A stretch of DNA of 63,897 nt, counting the filler, from Salisapilia sapeloensis CBS 127946 (Eukaryota; Protista; Oomycota): the NCBI GenBank assembly GCA_023334545.1. It is 6 parts of 6 records of this genome, joined end to end, with 100 filler letters (N's around TTAATTAATTAA, not from the genome) between each part and the next. Parts side by side here need not be neighbours in the genome. Positions count along the whole stretch, not along the records: positions 1 to 21,440 come from JAADVB010000282.1; 5 more parts are not named here. The stretch is one strand, 5' to 3'. Below are positions 1 through 10,394 of the stretch, piece by piece; the first letter of the stretch is position 1, and each line of letters starts with the position of its first letter. The translations under genes were made by a program, and so were the position numbers. The notes beneath the pieces were generated by a model that saw only the letters and a list, made by a program, of their open reading frames with translations, had not been told where the DNA came from and did no database searches.

Positions 1-1
1 G

Positions 2-535
2 CTACATGTCGCCTCCGTCGCCGCCAAAGTCTCCTCCGTCGTCTCCACCTCCGCCAGCCTCCATGTCTCCCGGATTGTCGTTATCTAGAGCTTCGCCCAG
101 AAGCATACCGCCGAGCAGTCCACCTCCGACGCCTGCTGCCACGCCACCCATGCCACCGCCTCTTCGTCCGCCTCCGTAGCCTCCGTAGCCCGGACGTCCG
201 TTACCGTAGTAGCCTTGGTTCATCGGCTGGGCGTACACTGGCCTCGCCTGGGGATACGCATTCTGAGCATTGTATGCGTGGTAGTTGCCTTGGTAGCCGT
301 GCTGCTGGCCCACAGGCTGGCCGACCATGGGACTCGGCATCTGCATCTGCTGTCGTTGCATGAGCATGCGTTTCCGTCTCCGTCGGACCATATACAAGAC
401 AAGGAGCATGATCAAGAATAGACCGAGTGTGTACGTCCACCAGTAGCCCGAGTTTGCACCATAGATATACGCGTTGGTCGGCTGGATGGTAACCACCACC
501 AAACCGATAGCGAGCGCCAGAGAAGCTTGAACCAT
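2..535 (-). CDS. Single-pass membrane protein: signal peptide, one TM, Gln/Tyr/Pro-rich tail, glycine-zipper and Gly/Asp-rich end
   Basis: Complete ATG-TAG ORF of 177 aa. Hydrophobic N-terminus, TM (WWTYTLGLFLIMLLVLYMV) followed by RRRRKR, then GGMGGVAAGVGGGLLGGMLLG and DDGGDFGGDGGDM. Confidence 0.8.
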   Translation of the reverse strand: MVQASLALAIGLVVVTIQPTNAYIYGANSGYWWTYTLGLFLIMLLVLYMVRRRRKRMLMQRQQMQMPSPMVGQPVGQQHGYQGNYHAYNAQNAYPQARPVYAQPMNQGYYGNGRPGYGGYGGGRRGGGMGGVAAGVGGGLLGGMLLGEALDNDNPGDMEAGGGGDDGGDFGGDGGDM

Positions 536-775
536 CGTGCTTGCTACGATCCAATTCGTATTATGACATTCTCTTCTTGCCGAATTAAAAAATTACCACA
601 ACGATTCCGAAGCCATCCGTACGGCGTGGGACAGATAGTTCCTGAGACAACGCCCGGTTCGTTTGGTTTCTTATCTTTTTCGTTTGTAGGTTATTTATAG
701 ATACGATATAGGTACAAAATTAAATAGTAAAGGTACTTGTGACTCAGGAGCTTTTTATTTTCTTGCTTAGTCGAC

Positions 776-3701
776 CTAGACAGCAGGTCCGAGACGCTCG
801 AGCACAGACTTCTTCTTCGGAGGAGTGTCCTTGGCGTCTCCACTCCCTCCGCCTCTTTTCCTGCCTCGGCGTCGGCGCTTTCCATCTTTTTCCTTTTCTT
901 TCTCCTTCTCCTTCTCGTTGTCCTTTTCCTTTTCCTTGTCTTCATCTTCACGACGTTCCACTCGACGTCTCGGCTCTTCACTCTTGTCCTTTCGCTTCTC
1001 TTCGTCACGACGCTTTCCATCTCGTTTCTTCTCTTCGTTCTGCTTTTCAGCATCACGCACTCGACGACTCACTTCACGCCGTTCACGATCTGGGCCACGA
1101 CTACGCTCATGCTCTTGTCTCGACCGACTCGACCGATCTTCTCTCCTCTCCTCTCTCCGTCCTCTGTCCTTACTCTCCCTCTCCTCTCGACGTCCAGACT
1201 CCTTACTCGCTCTTTCCTCCCGACGATTTCGATCTTTACTCTCTCTCTCCTCCCGACGACTCGAGTCTCTACTGCTTCTCTCGTCCCGACGGCTTCGGTC
1301 TCGGCTCGTTCTCTCGTCTCTCCCCCTCTCTCTGCTCTTTCTCTCCTCACGACGACCGCGATCTCGACTCGTTCTCTCCTCCCGACCTCGGTCTCTGCTC
1401 ATTCGCTCCTCCCGTCGTCCACTCTCTCTGCTCTTACTCTTCCTTCCTTCCTCCCGACGACTACGCCCCGGACTCTTACTCTTCTCCCGACCCTCCGGCT
1501 CCTTACTCTTCTCCCGACGCTCAGGCTCCTTACTCTTCTCCCGACGCTCAGGCTCCTTACTTTCGCCCTTATCCTGCAAAAAGTCGAGGTCAATGGCTGG
1601 CGCAGCAATCTTCTCCACATCCACCTCCTTCTCCTCCTTGTCTCGATGACTACGCCGTTCCTTGGACTTGGATCGCTTTCTGTCTCTCGACCGATCCGAC
1701 CACTTGTCTCTCGACTTGGACCTCTTCCTGTCTCTCGATCTCGAGTTCGATCTCGACCGACGCCGGTCTCTCGACTTGGACCTCCTCCGACTCGCACTCC
1801 GGTCCTCTCGATCGTATGAACCTCTCCCTCGTCCACCGAACGAAGGCATCGGACCGTCGTACCATGGCGGAGGACCACCATAGTACTCTGGCGGAGGACC
1901 AAAGTACTCTGGATGGCCAGGGGGCGGGCCAAAGTAGCCAGGTGGAGGCATGTCGCGTCCTCTACCTCGTCCACGACCACGACCTCGTCCACCCCATGGT
2001 CCATCGAACCATGGCGGACGAGGGCCGTCGAACCAAGGCTCAGGAGGACCGTTAAAACCAGGAGGGCCACGCGGCGGCCCCCACTGCATGGGAGGCACAG
2101 CGTTCGCCGGTGGCCCTTGAACAGGAGAAGGAGACTTAGGATCGACAGACACAGGTGGTTTCACTTCCGGTTTTTGTTCAGGAGAAGTTTGGGTAATTGG
2201 CGCCGGAGCAGGCGCTTCCATCGGTTCATCGGCAAAGATATCTCCACCAAACTCATCCTCCTCTTCCTCTTTCTTGTCTTTCTTGATTTCCAGCGTCGCG
2301 TCCGCACTCTCCGCCGCTCGCCTCGAGCTCGATGCAGCTTCTTCCGCAGCCTTTTGCTTGGCTAGAGCCTTCTCCTCCGCCTCCTTCACCAGCTGATCTC
2401 GCTCCTGCTGCTCCGTCCGAGCGCGTTGGAGGAACTCATTGATGGACGCCTGGAGGACTTTGTTGGCCAAAAGACTCTCCGGCGACATGTTCGGTGTCGA
2501 GCACAACGGACACGTGAGGTCTCGGGACACAAGAGCGTCTCGCAGGCAGTGGTCACAGGCAGATTCTTGGCAGCAAGGAATGAGTACAGCGTCATCCATC
2601 AGCCGCTTGCAGATAGGGCACGCGAGATGCGCCGGGGGATTGGCAATGTACTGGTCGAACGTGGCGGAACCTCCGGACTGGGCGACCAGCTTGCCAAAGT
2701 CCTTGCTCTGAGGCTCCACAACCGCGAGACCGCCCCACGGCGCACTCACGACGGTCTTTCCGAATCCGCTTGGAATCTCACTCGTGTCACTCACAGCCTT
2801 CATGAACGACTTGGGGATCCCAGTCTTGGGCTTCACCGTATGCCGATCGTACTCTGGATCACCGTTCGTCGGACAGTTCTGGATGTAGTGTCCTGGGACG
2901 CCGCAGCGGTAGCATCGATAGTTTGGAGGAGGCGGACCGGTGACTTGCTGGCGCTGTCGGTCGCCTCGACCTCGACCGTTCATCTGCGGACTGCCAAAGG
3001 AGTTGTCTCCACGACCTCGACCTCGACCGCCACTTGTGTAGTAATTGAGGACCTTGTCGGCGTTGCTTCCCGTGGCAGACGTCCATGTCTTGTTCCCGAG
3101 ACGAGCGCTGCGCATGTCTCCAGCCTGCTCCGTGATGGACTCAATGGCCGCAAGCTCTTCTTCCATCGTCTGCGCGCCTTCTTCTTGTGCACCGGAAGCG
3201 TCTCTGTATCACAAGATGATCAATAACCATTCTGACGTAGATACAGAAATTCGTTTTTCTTTTAGCAAGTTAAATAATATCTACATAAGACAAAACGGCT
3301 TGAATAAAAAACGCAACGTACGCTTGGCCAGACTGGGGTTGCACCGGGGAAGCATTGGCTGCAGGTGGGTTGACTGGAGGTGGGGCAGACGGCGCCAAGG
3401 GAGGCGAGACGGCCGCGGCGGCAGCTGCCTCGGCCTTCATCCGCGCTAAGAGACCACTGCTGGCGTTCTGACTGGGTATGCGCTTCACTGTGACGCTCGT
3501 GTTGCGTGGTAATTGCATGTTTTCGTCGTCGTAGACCTTGCCGCTTTGAGCGTCCGTGACGACGAGGTCAAAGTCCGTGCCCTTGTACAGCTTCTTCTTG
3601 TCGACGATCGCCTTCTTGAGATCCAGGATGCGGATCATCGTTCCTGGGAACGTGACCGTGTCGAACTCCTTGGCGGCTTTGAATTTGAAATGGATCGACA
3701 T
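776..3701 (-). CDS. RBBP6: RBBP6/Mpe1 homolog (DWNN ubiquitin-like domain, CCHC zinc knuckle, RING/U-box, RS/RE-rich tail); 2 exons
   Basis: Exons 3701-3322 and 3203-776, phase-consistent GT-AG intron, 935 aa. MSIHFKFKAAKEFDTVTF (DWNN), CYRCGVPGHYIQNC, CPICKRLMDDAVLIPCC...CPLC. Confidence 0.95.
1474..1560 (-). repeat. 27-bp tandem repeat, about 3.2 copies, coding KSKEPERRE inside RBBP6
   Basis: ccttactcttctcccgacgctcaggct is exact at 1501-1527 and 1528-1554, with a variant at 1474-1500. Confidence 0.9.
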
Positions 3702-4334
3702 GGCGGATGCACAGTGGTCGAGTTCGGATAGAAGAAGATTTTATTTGTAGAATTTGCTGCTGTATCTCCTTCCAAAGGTCCCAACTAGTAGATACGGATC
3801 GACTGATCAAAGGGAGAACGATGGGGATCCTCCAAGCTGCGTATGCACTGCAAGTAGGAAGAGGGAAGCAGGCCTACTTTCTCGCTTTAGACCTCGTCTC
3901 GTTGTTCAGAGGCCAAGAATACTTGTAACCGTTACTTTCAGATCAGTTAGAAACATACTACTAACGATACCGACTACTTGCCATACCGAAAATTGCAATT
4001 AAAAGAGTAGATGACTCACCTACATACTGCGCATGCTTCTTCTTGACTAAGTGAGTCTACATGTTTACTTTATTTGAATGTGTTGTGATCTGCTATGCAA
4101 ATAACAGGGGTGCACCAACTTGATGTTGATTTCCTATACCGGACATACAATCTGTGGTATATGAGAAGGTCGGTGGCGTTAGGTGAGATTTGCCACCAAT
4201 TCAAACTTTGAATATCCGAGGCGAGAGACGCAGTCTTCCCACGGTTATTAGCTGTTTTTTGCGTATATACTGCGGTTCTACCTCTACTATTTAAGCCAGG
4301 ACGTGTTCGCATCTTCACCTATCATTTGGACCTC

Positions 4335-6504
4335 ATGGCAGAACCCTCACTTCCTCGAGGAAACAAGGAAAACGGGGGCACCAACCGATCATCACCCTCG
4401 CCATCGCCTCGAAGGCGACACCGTCTCGATAACTCTTTCTTTAGTCCTCGTCGATCTAGTGTAGCTTCATCTCCTCCCATTGGATCAAGAGCGCCTGTTC
4501 AAACCCCCGTGAAGCGGGCACAAACGAGTGCTCGACCGCCTGCCACGACTCCTCGCAGGCGTCGCATTCATCCTGTTAGTGGCAACGGCGCGAATGGAGA
4601 CAGTAAAAAGCGATTGGACATGAAACCTTTAAGCCAGCCCGATCCTGTGGACGACAGTCAAAGGCCAATGTCAGGAAAGTCTTCGGCGGAAGTACAGGAA
4701 GTAGTGTTTGAAACCGTGGTGGGTGACAACGGGCATATTACTTATATCGAGTATGCCAAAGGCAAATTTCTCGGCAAGGTATTGTGAGTTTCATTCAAGA
4801 TGGTATCTAGTTGCTCATATTGAAGATAGGGAGGGTTTGCCAGGGTCTTTGAGATGACAAGAGTAGACACTGGACAAGTGTATGCGGCAAAAGTCGTTCC
4901 GAAAGCGTCTCTCGCCAAGCCCAAAGCAAAGGAAAAGGTACTTTGGACTATCTGAGTGCTGTATAAATGATCTTTTAACATGCATTTGGTAGTTTACGAC
5001 CGAGATCAAGATCCACAAGACGCTATCCCACCCCAACGTCGTCCACTTTGATCACTTCTTTGACGATGAAGAAAATTCATATATTTTACTGGAGCTTTGT
5101 AAATGCCAGGTAGAACGATGTTGCTACTAGCACCATACGCTCGTATACTAAAGCTCTGTCTAGAGTATGGCCGACCTAATACGCCGGCGGAAACGCATCT
5201 CCGAGCCCGAGTTGCGCTATTATTTACACCAGATCCTTGTCGGCGTTCAGTACTTGCACTCTCAACTCGTCCTCCATCGAGATTTAAAGCTCGGCAACTT
5301 GTTCGTACACGACGGGATGCAGGTCAAGATAGGAGACTTTGGTCTTGCCGTGCGACTCGACAGTATCCTCGATCGAAAGACGACCATGTGTGGAACACCC
5401 AACTACATTGCGCCCGAGATCCTCGCGGGACAGAAAGGTGACGGACATAGTTTTGAAGCAGACGTCTGGTCCATCGGCGTCGTCATCTATACGCTGTTGA
5501 TCGGGAAGCCTCCGTTTGAGACGAAAGAGGTGAAGGACACGTACAAACGCATCAAGGCAGTGGACTATTCCTTTCCACACGATATTCCCATTTCAGATGA
5601 AGCAGAGCAGCTTATCCGAAGTATATTGCAAGTCGATCCGGCCAAGAGACCGACACTGGAGGACCTCTTATCCAGTGACTTTATGCACGGCACCATGCCG
5701 GCGTCCTTACCCAAGTCAGCTCTCTTATACACACCAAGCTCTTGTCGTGTGACGACGGATCGAAAGCAACCGCCTGTACAACGCCCAAAGACACCTGAAG
5801 CGCCCAAGGCGAATGTACCGGTGAAGGAGTCTCTCCTCCACGTCTGCAGGTACCTCGAGCAGGTGTACGAGTCTCGAGTAACTGCAGAAGTTGTGGACAT
5901 GGACAAGGCGACGCTATGGCTGTCGTCGTGGGTGGACTACACGACTAAGTACGGCATGGGCTATACGCTCACGAATGGTGCTGCTGGTGTTTACTTTAAT
6001 GACTCTACCAAGATGATCTCGACACCAGACATGAAAGCCTTTGAGTACATTGAACGAGGGTCTTCGGCATTGGAAGCGAAGAGATGTAGGTACCAAATGC
6101 GCGTGTACGATCCGTCGTTAACGAAGAAAGTGACGATTATGAATCACTTTCGAAATTACTTGGTCGATGGGAAAGACTCAGATGGACACGACCGACTGCG
6201 TGTGCATTTGGGTAAACGTCCGGCACCAGAGGATGAGTCACTGACGTTTGTGACCAAGTGGGTCAAGACCAAGCATGCGGTCGTCTTCTGTCTGTCGAAC
6301 GGTAGTTTCCAAACCAACTTCCATGACCACTCGCGCCTCTTGATCTTGAATGACGGGCGGACGGTCAACTTTTTAGATCGCGACGGAGACTTTATCGTGA
6401 AAGCCACGTACGATGCCGTCCACGGTGGAGACAGGAAGGACTTGATGAAGAGACTGCGGTACACGAGAGACACGTTGCAGCAGATACTCGATAGCACGCG
6501 GTGA
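4335..6504 (+). CDS. PLK1: Polo-like kinase (kinase domain plus two polo boxes); 4 exons
   Basis: Exons 4335-4778, 4830-4937, 4993-5109, 5164-6504. LGKGGFARVF, HRDLKLGN, DFGLA, RKTTMCGTPNYIAPE; polo box WVDYTTKYGMGY and KWVKTKHAVVFCLSNGSFQTNF. Confidence 0.97.
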
Positions 6505-6686
6505 CGTAGGACTGCTCAATACAAAAACTTGCTGTAGATACCTCGAGTTGTCTCGTAATAAGATTTCGTACTCACGACAGATCAGAAGGATGGAACATTA
6601 AAGGGTGAAGTCTTTCCCATCGGAAGGTTCCCATCATACACCTGTCTTTTTGTTTACATGGTCAAAGCCACATCGGACATCAAAAA

Positions 6687-7430
6687 ATGAATTCACCCGC
6701 TGTTGTAGCTGTCTGCGCTCGGCACCAACTGGATGATGGTATCACGCAAGACACGATCTGCAGTTTCCTCGATGCTCCATGGACATGGACCTTGAATGCG
6801 GCGGCTCTGAGAGGGTGCTACCACTTGGTCGTCCGACTGCACCACAGATACCCAGTGCCCTTCGATCACTGCAATTCCGATGCGATGGACACTGCCGCCG
6901 AGTTCGGACACACGCGAGTGGTTCAGTTTTTACACGAAAATCGGATAGAAGGATGTTCAAGCGACGCAATGGATTTGGCAGCAAGCAACGGCCACTTGGA
7001 CACTGTCAAGTACTTGCATGAACACCGGAGTGAGGGGTGCACGACAAACGCAATGGACATGGCGTCTGCTGGAGGACATTTACAAGTGTTAAAGTGGCTT
7101 CAAAGGCATCGAAATGAAGGCTGCACCGTCGACGCGATGGCAAGCGCAGCAGCCAATGGCCACTTGGACGTCATGAACTGGCTTTACCATGTCAAAAAGC
7201 TCCCCATCACGTCTCTCGTGCTCAAACTTGCGTCTACTCGAGGGAATACCAAAGTCGTCCATTGGGCACTGCATCGTGCCGATTTGGGCGAAATCAACGA
7301 CGCCCTCGTATACTCCTTCTATAGTAGTAAACTAGATGTCGTTCGTCTGCTGGAAAGCTACCGAGAAGAACGAATGAAGGGCTTGTACGCAGAGAGGGAG
7401 GATGTACCCAATATCTACTTGAATCTTTAA
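6687..7430 (+). CDS. Oomycete-type degenerate ankyrin-repeat protein
   Basis: Intronless 247 aa ORF with repeats of EGC(S/T)x(D/N)AMDxAAxNGHLDxVKxLH. Confidence 0.9.
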   Translation: MNSPAVVAVCARHQLDDGITQDTICSFLDAPWTWTLNAAALRGCYHLVVRLHHRYPVPFDHCNSDAMDTAAEFGHTRVVQFLHENRIEGCSSDAMDLAASNGHLDTVKYLHEHRSEGCTTNAMDMASAGGHLQVLKWLQRHRNEGCTVDAMASAAANGHLDVMNWLYHVKKLPITSLVLKLASTRGNTKVVHWALHRADLGEINDALVYSFYSSKLDVVRLLESYREERMKGLYAEREDVPNIYLNL

Positions 7431-7486
7431 GAGTCGTTGCGTATCTTTTAAGTTCAAGAATCACTTGACCAGTCGCAAAGTGAACG

Positions 7487-10158
7487 ATGCGCTGCGAGTA
7501 CTGGCTCCATATATATATCCTAGCTTGTTTAGCTGCTCTCCCATTAGTATTAGGGTGGAGAGAATGGACGTGGAAGAACTCGACGGGGCCTGGGACTCGA
7601 CGAGGTCACTCTTTAAATGTATATGGTACGCAGCTCATTGTTTTCGGTGGCCGAACGGAGGACTCGACGAAAATCCATTCGCCCAAGTCATATGAAACCT
7701 ATGAAGTGAATGGGTCGATTGAGTTTATTGCATACGAAGCAAACGCCACTGAACCGTTCGAAGTACCCGTAGCAGTTCTCTTTAACGATGTGTGGAGCTA
7801 TGATATAAGTATATGATTCGCAAATCTTTATTGTCTACTTGCCATGTATTCACAATTGTAAGCTTGTAGATTGCACAAGATATGCGGATGAAGCATGTGT
7901 TGACAAGACTTGGGTGCAACTTCGAGAAGGAGCGGACTGGGGAGGATGCAGGATTGTATTTGGAGCGCATGTTTGCTCACATCCGTCGGAGCGTTGGTAT
8001 CATCGAGCTGAGGTCTTCGATGACAATACTATGATCGTCTACGGAGGCTTCAGTCCGTCCTGCAGTGACTATTGCGACGATATGTGGTAATATCTAAACA
8101 GAATAAAAATCCAATTCCTCTCTTATCGAACGGAAACCTAGGCTCTTCGACTTTACGGATAACTCATGGACCGAGCTCATGGAAATCGGTAACTCATTCT
8201 TACAACCATCGCCAGGCAAACGTTTCAAGTTCTCCAGTGTTGTGCTGGGTCAACTCATGTACATCTTTGGTGGCTATCGACTATGGCAAGGATTTACTCA
8301 CGAGAACAGCGTGGAGAATGATTGGAGTGACTACAGTCGAAAACCACTCGGTGGATACCTAAATGATCTGTGGGAGTACAACAAGTCTAGCAACAGTTGG
8401 AGAAATTTAACAGAAACACTGGAGTGTCCAGATATTGCAGCAACAGCTACCATTGAGGACATTGAGGTCGAATGCATAGTGACATGGCCACCTGCGAGAG
8501 CAGGACATGCCTCTACCGTGTACGAAGGAGCGATTTACATTCATGGCGGCTACCGGACATTCTTTCCTTACCCAACTACCACTGGAAGAGGAGCAGGTCG
8601 AGGCACTTTGACGGAAATTGGTGCAGGATTTACGCCGTATCCAACCTATCCGTATTATCTAGATGATATGTGGAAGTACAATCTTTCGACTAGAGTGTGG
8701 GAAAAAGTGGTTCTCAACGAAGAGCGCGATACAAGGAAAGAGAAGATGCCCTTAGCACGGATGGACCATAGTCTCGTGGCAGCAAGAGAAGTGTTGATTC
8801 TATTTGGAGGGTATGTCTCCAATTTCTACTTCAGTGACACTTGGATATACAACATAAGTACGTGCCTTTATCTTGCTACACTATGCATCGCTAATATCTA
8901 ATCGCTCGTAGCAAGCAATCGATGGGTAAAGGAAAAGACTTTTGTTTATCCAATTTATCCATCGGAGTGCACTGATGACCTCGAGCACCGGAAGCTGGAG
9001 CACAGTGGTGACTACAGTGAATTCGTGCTTCCGAGTGACTTTGTTCACTATGAAGAAGACGAATTTTACTTTAGTAAAGAGCTTCATTACGGTACACTTA
9101 AGGTATGGACATCTTCCAGTCCTTCCTGAAGCCTTTTATAACAACAGTGTTAGTTTTCTGTCTACGCAGATCCTACAAGAGGTACATTCGATACGCCAAC
9201 TTTTGTCAATCAAGCCCGACGACAAGCACCGGGATGGGATGGTTGTCGTCATCGCAATGACAGCCGAGAAGATCTCGACGATGAACTCCAATGGATGAGG
9301 CCATCTCAACGAGCTGGCCACCAAGCCGTATACCATGAGGGATATGACAAGGTTTTCATCTATGGTGGCTACGGATACGATATAGAACAGAGTCGCCGTG
9401 TCGATACTACATTCTCTGCCTGCTCTCTTGGAGATCTCTGGCAACTCGATTTAGACAACTGTCCGAAAAACTGCTCTCGGCATGGGCTGTGCCACTTTGG
9501 AAACTGCAGATGCAACGACGGATACTATGGTGTCGACTGCTCTAATTCGACGTGTCCCGGTACGTACTGCTATTATGACGAGATTGAGCCAATCCAGCAC
9601 TGTGATCACTGTTGCTTTTCCGGCTTTGAGCATCTTCCAAACAATGATTCGTACGTCGAAAATCTTCAAAAGTTCCCTTGCACATCGGCCAACTTGCATT
9701 ATTCGAATGGCATATGCGATGGCTTTGGCATGTGCATCTGTAAGCCGTCTTTCGTCGGAGATGATTGTTCCATTCGGGACTGTGGTAAAAACTGCTCTGG
9801 ACATGGATATTGCTCGGAAGAGTTTCCAAACGCTCGGTGCTTGTGTGATGAAGGATGGTTTGGCCAATACTGTGAACTCCGTACGTTGCCTTCTTCAAGT
9901 GTGTATTTCAATTGGTACTAAAATGAGTTTGATCTAGAAATGTGCGTGAACAATTGCTCGTATCCGAACGGCGTTTGTCTGAATGGAAGTTGCTACTGCT
10001 CCATGGTGTACGAGCCATACAACAACACGTTGGAATATTTTCCACTCATGGGTGAGGATTGCTCTTTCTTGATACCATTTGCTGGTGTCCCGATGGCTGC
10101 CAAGCTATCCTTCGTTGTAGCGAGCATTTCCATTTTTATCACGCTCGTAGTGCTATGA
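7487..10158 (+). CDS. Secreted or surface Kelch-repeat and EGF-like (tenascin-type) protein with a C-terminal hydrophobic anchor; 6 exons
   Basis: Exons 7487-7808, 7870-8086, 8142-8857, 8912-9091, 9170-9880, 9938-10158, all phases consistent, 788 aa. Signal peptide; repeated R.GH...FGG...ND.W Kelch blades; CPKNCSRHGLCHFGNCRCNDGYYGVDCS-type EGF units. Confidence 0.9.
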
Positions 10159-10394
10159 GGATACTTCGATTCGATCATGCTCAACCGTTCTATAGTAAAG
10201 ATAAGAGTCTACCTCCATTCGTTAAGCTGCAAATAGATTGTCTTTCCCGTGTCGTTTCATCTACCGCTAAATCAACCGTCGCTAACAATTGCTATTGTCT
10301 CGTTCGCACATTTACCAGGACAAGGCGCGCACCTCACACTTACGCTCGTGCGTACTACGATAAAAAGTGTAGATTTCTACTTAAGCTGGAATCA

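Noticed and set aside
739-2365. Long plus-strand and alternative-frame ORFs (438, 274, 236, 223 aa) overlapping RBBP6
   Set aside because: Expected shadows of R/E/S/D-rich low-complexity coding sequence, which lacks antisense stops; no domain content.
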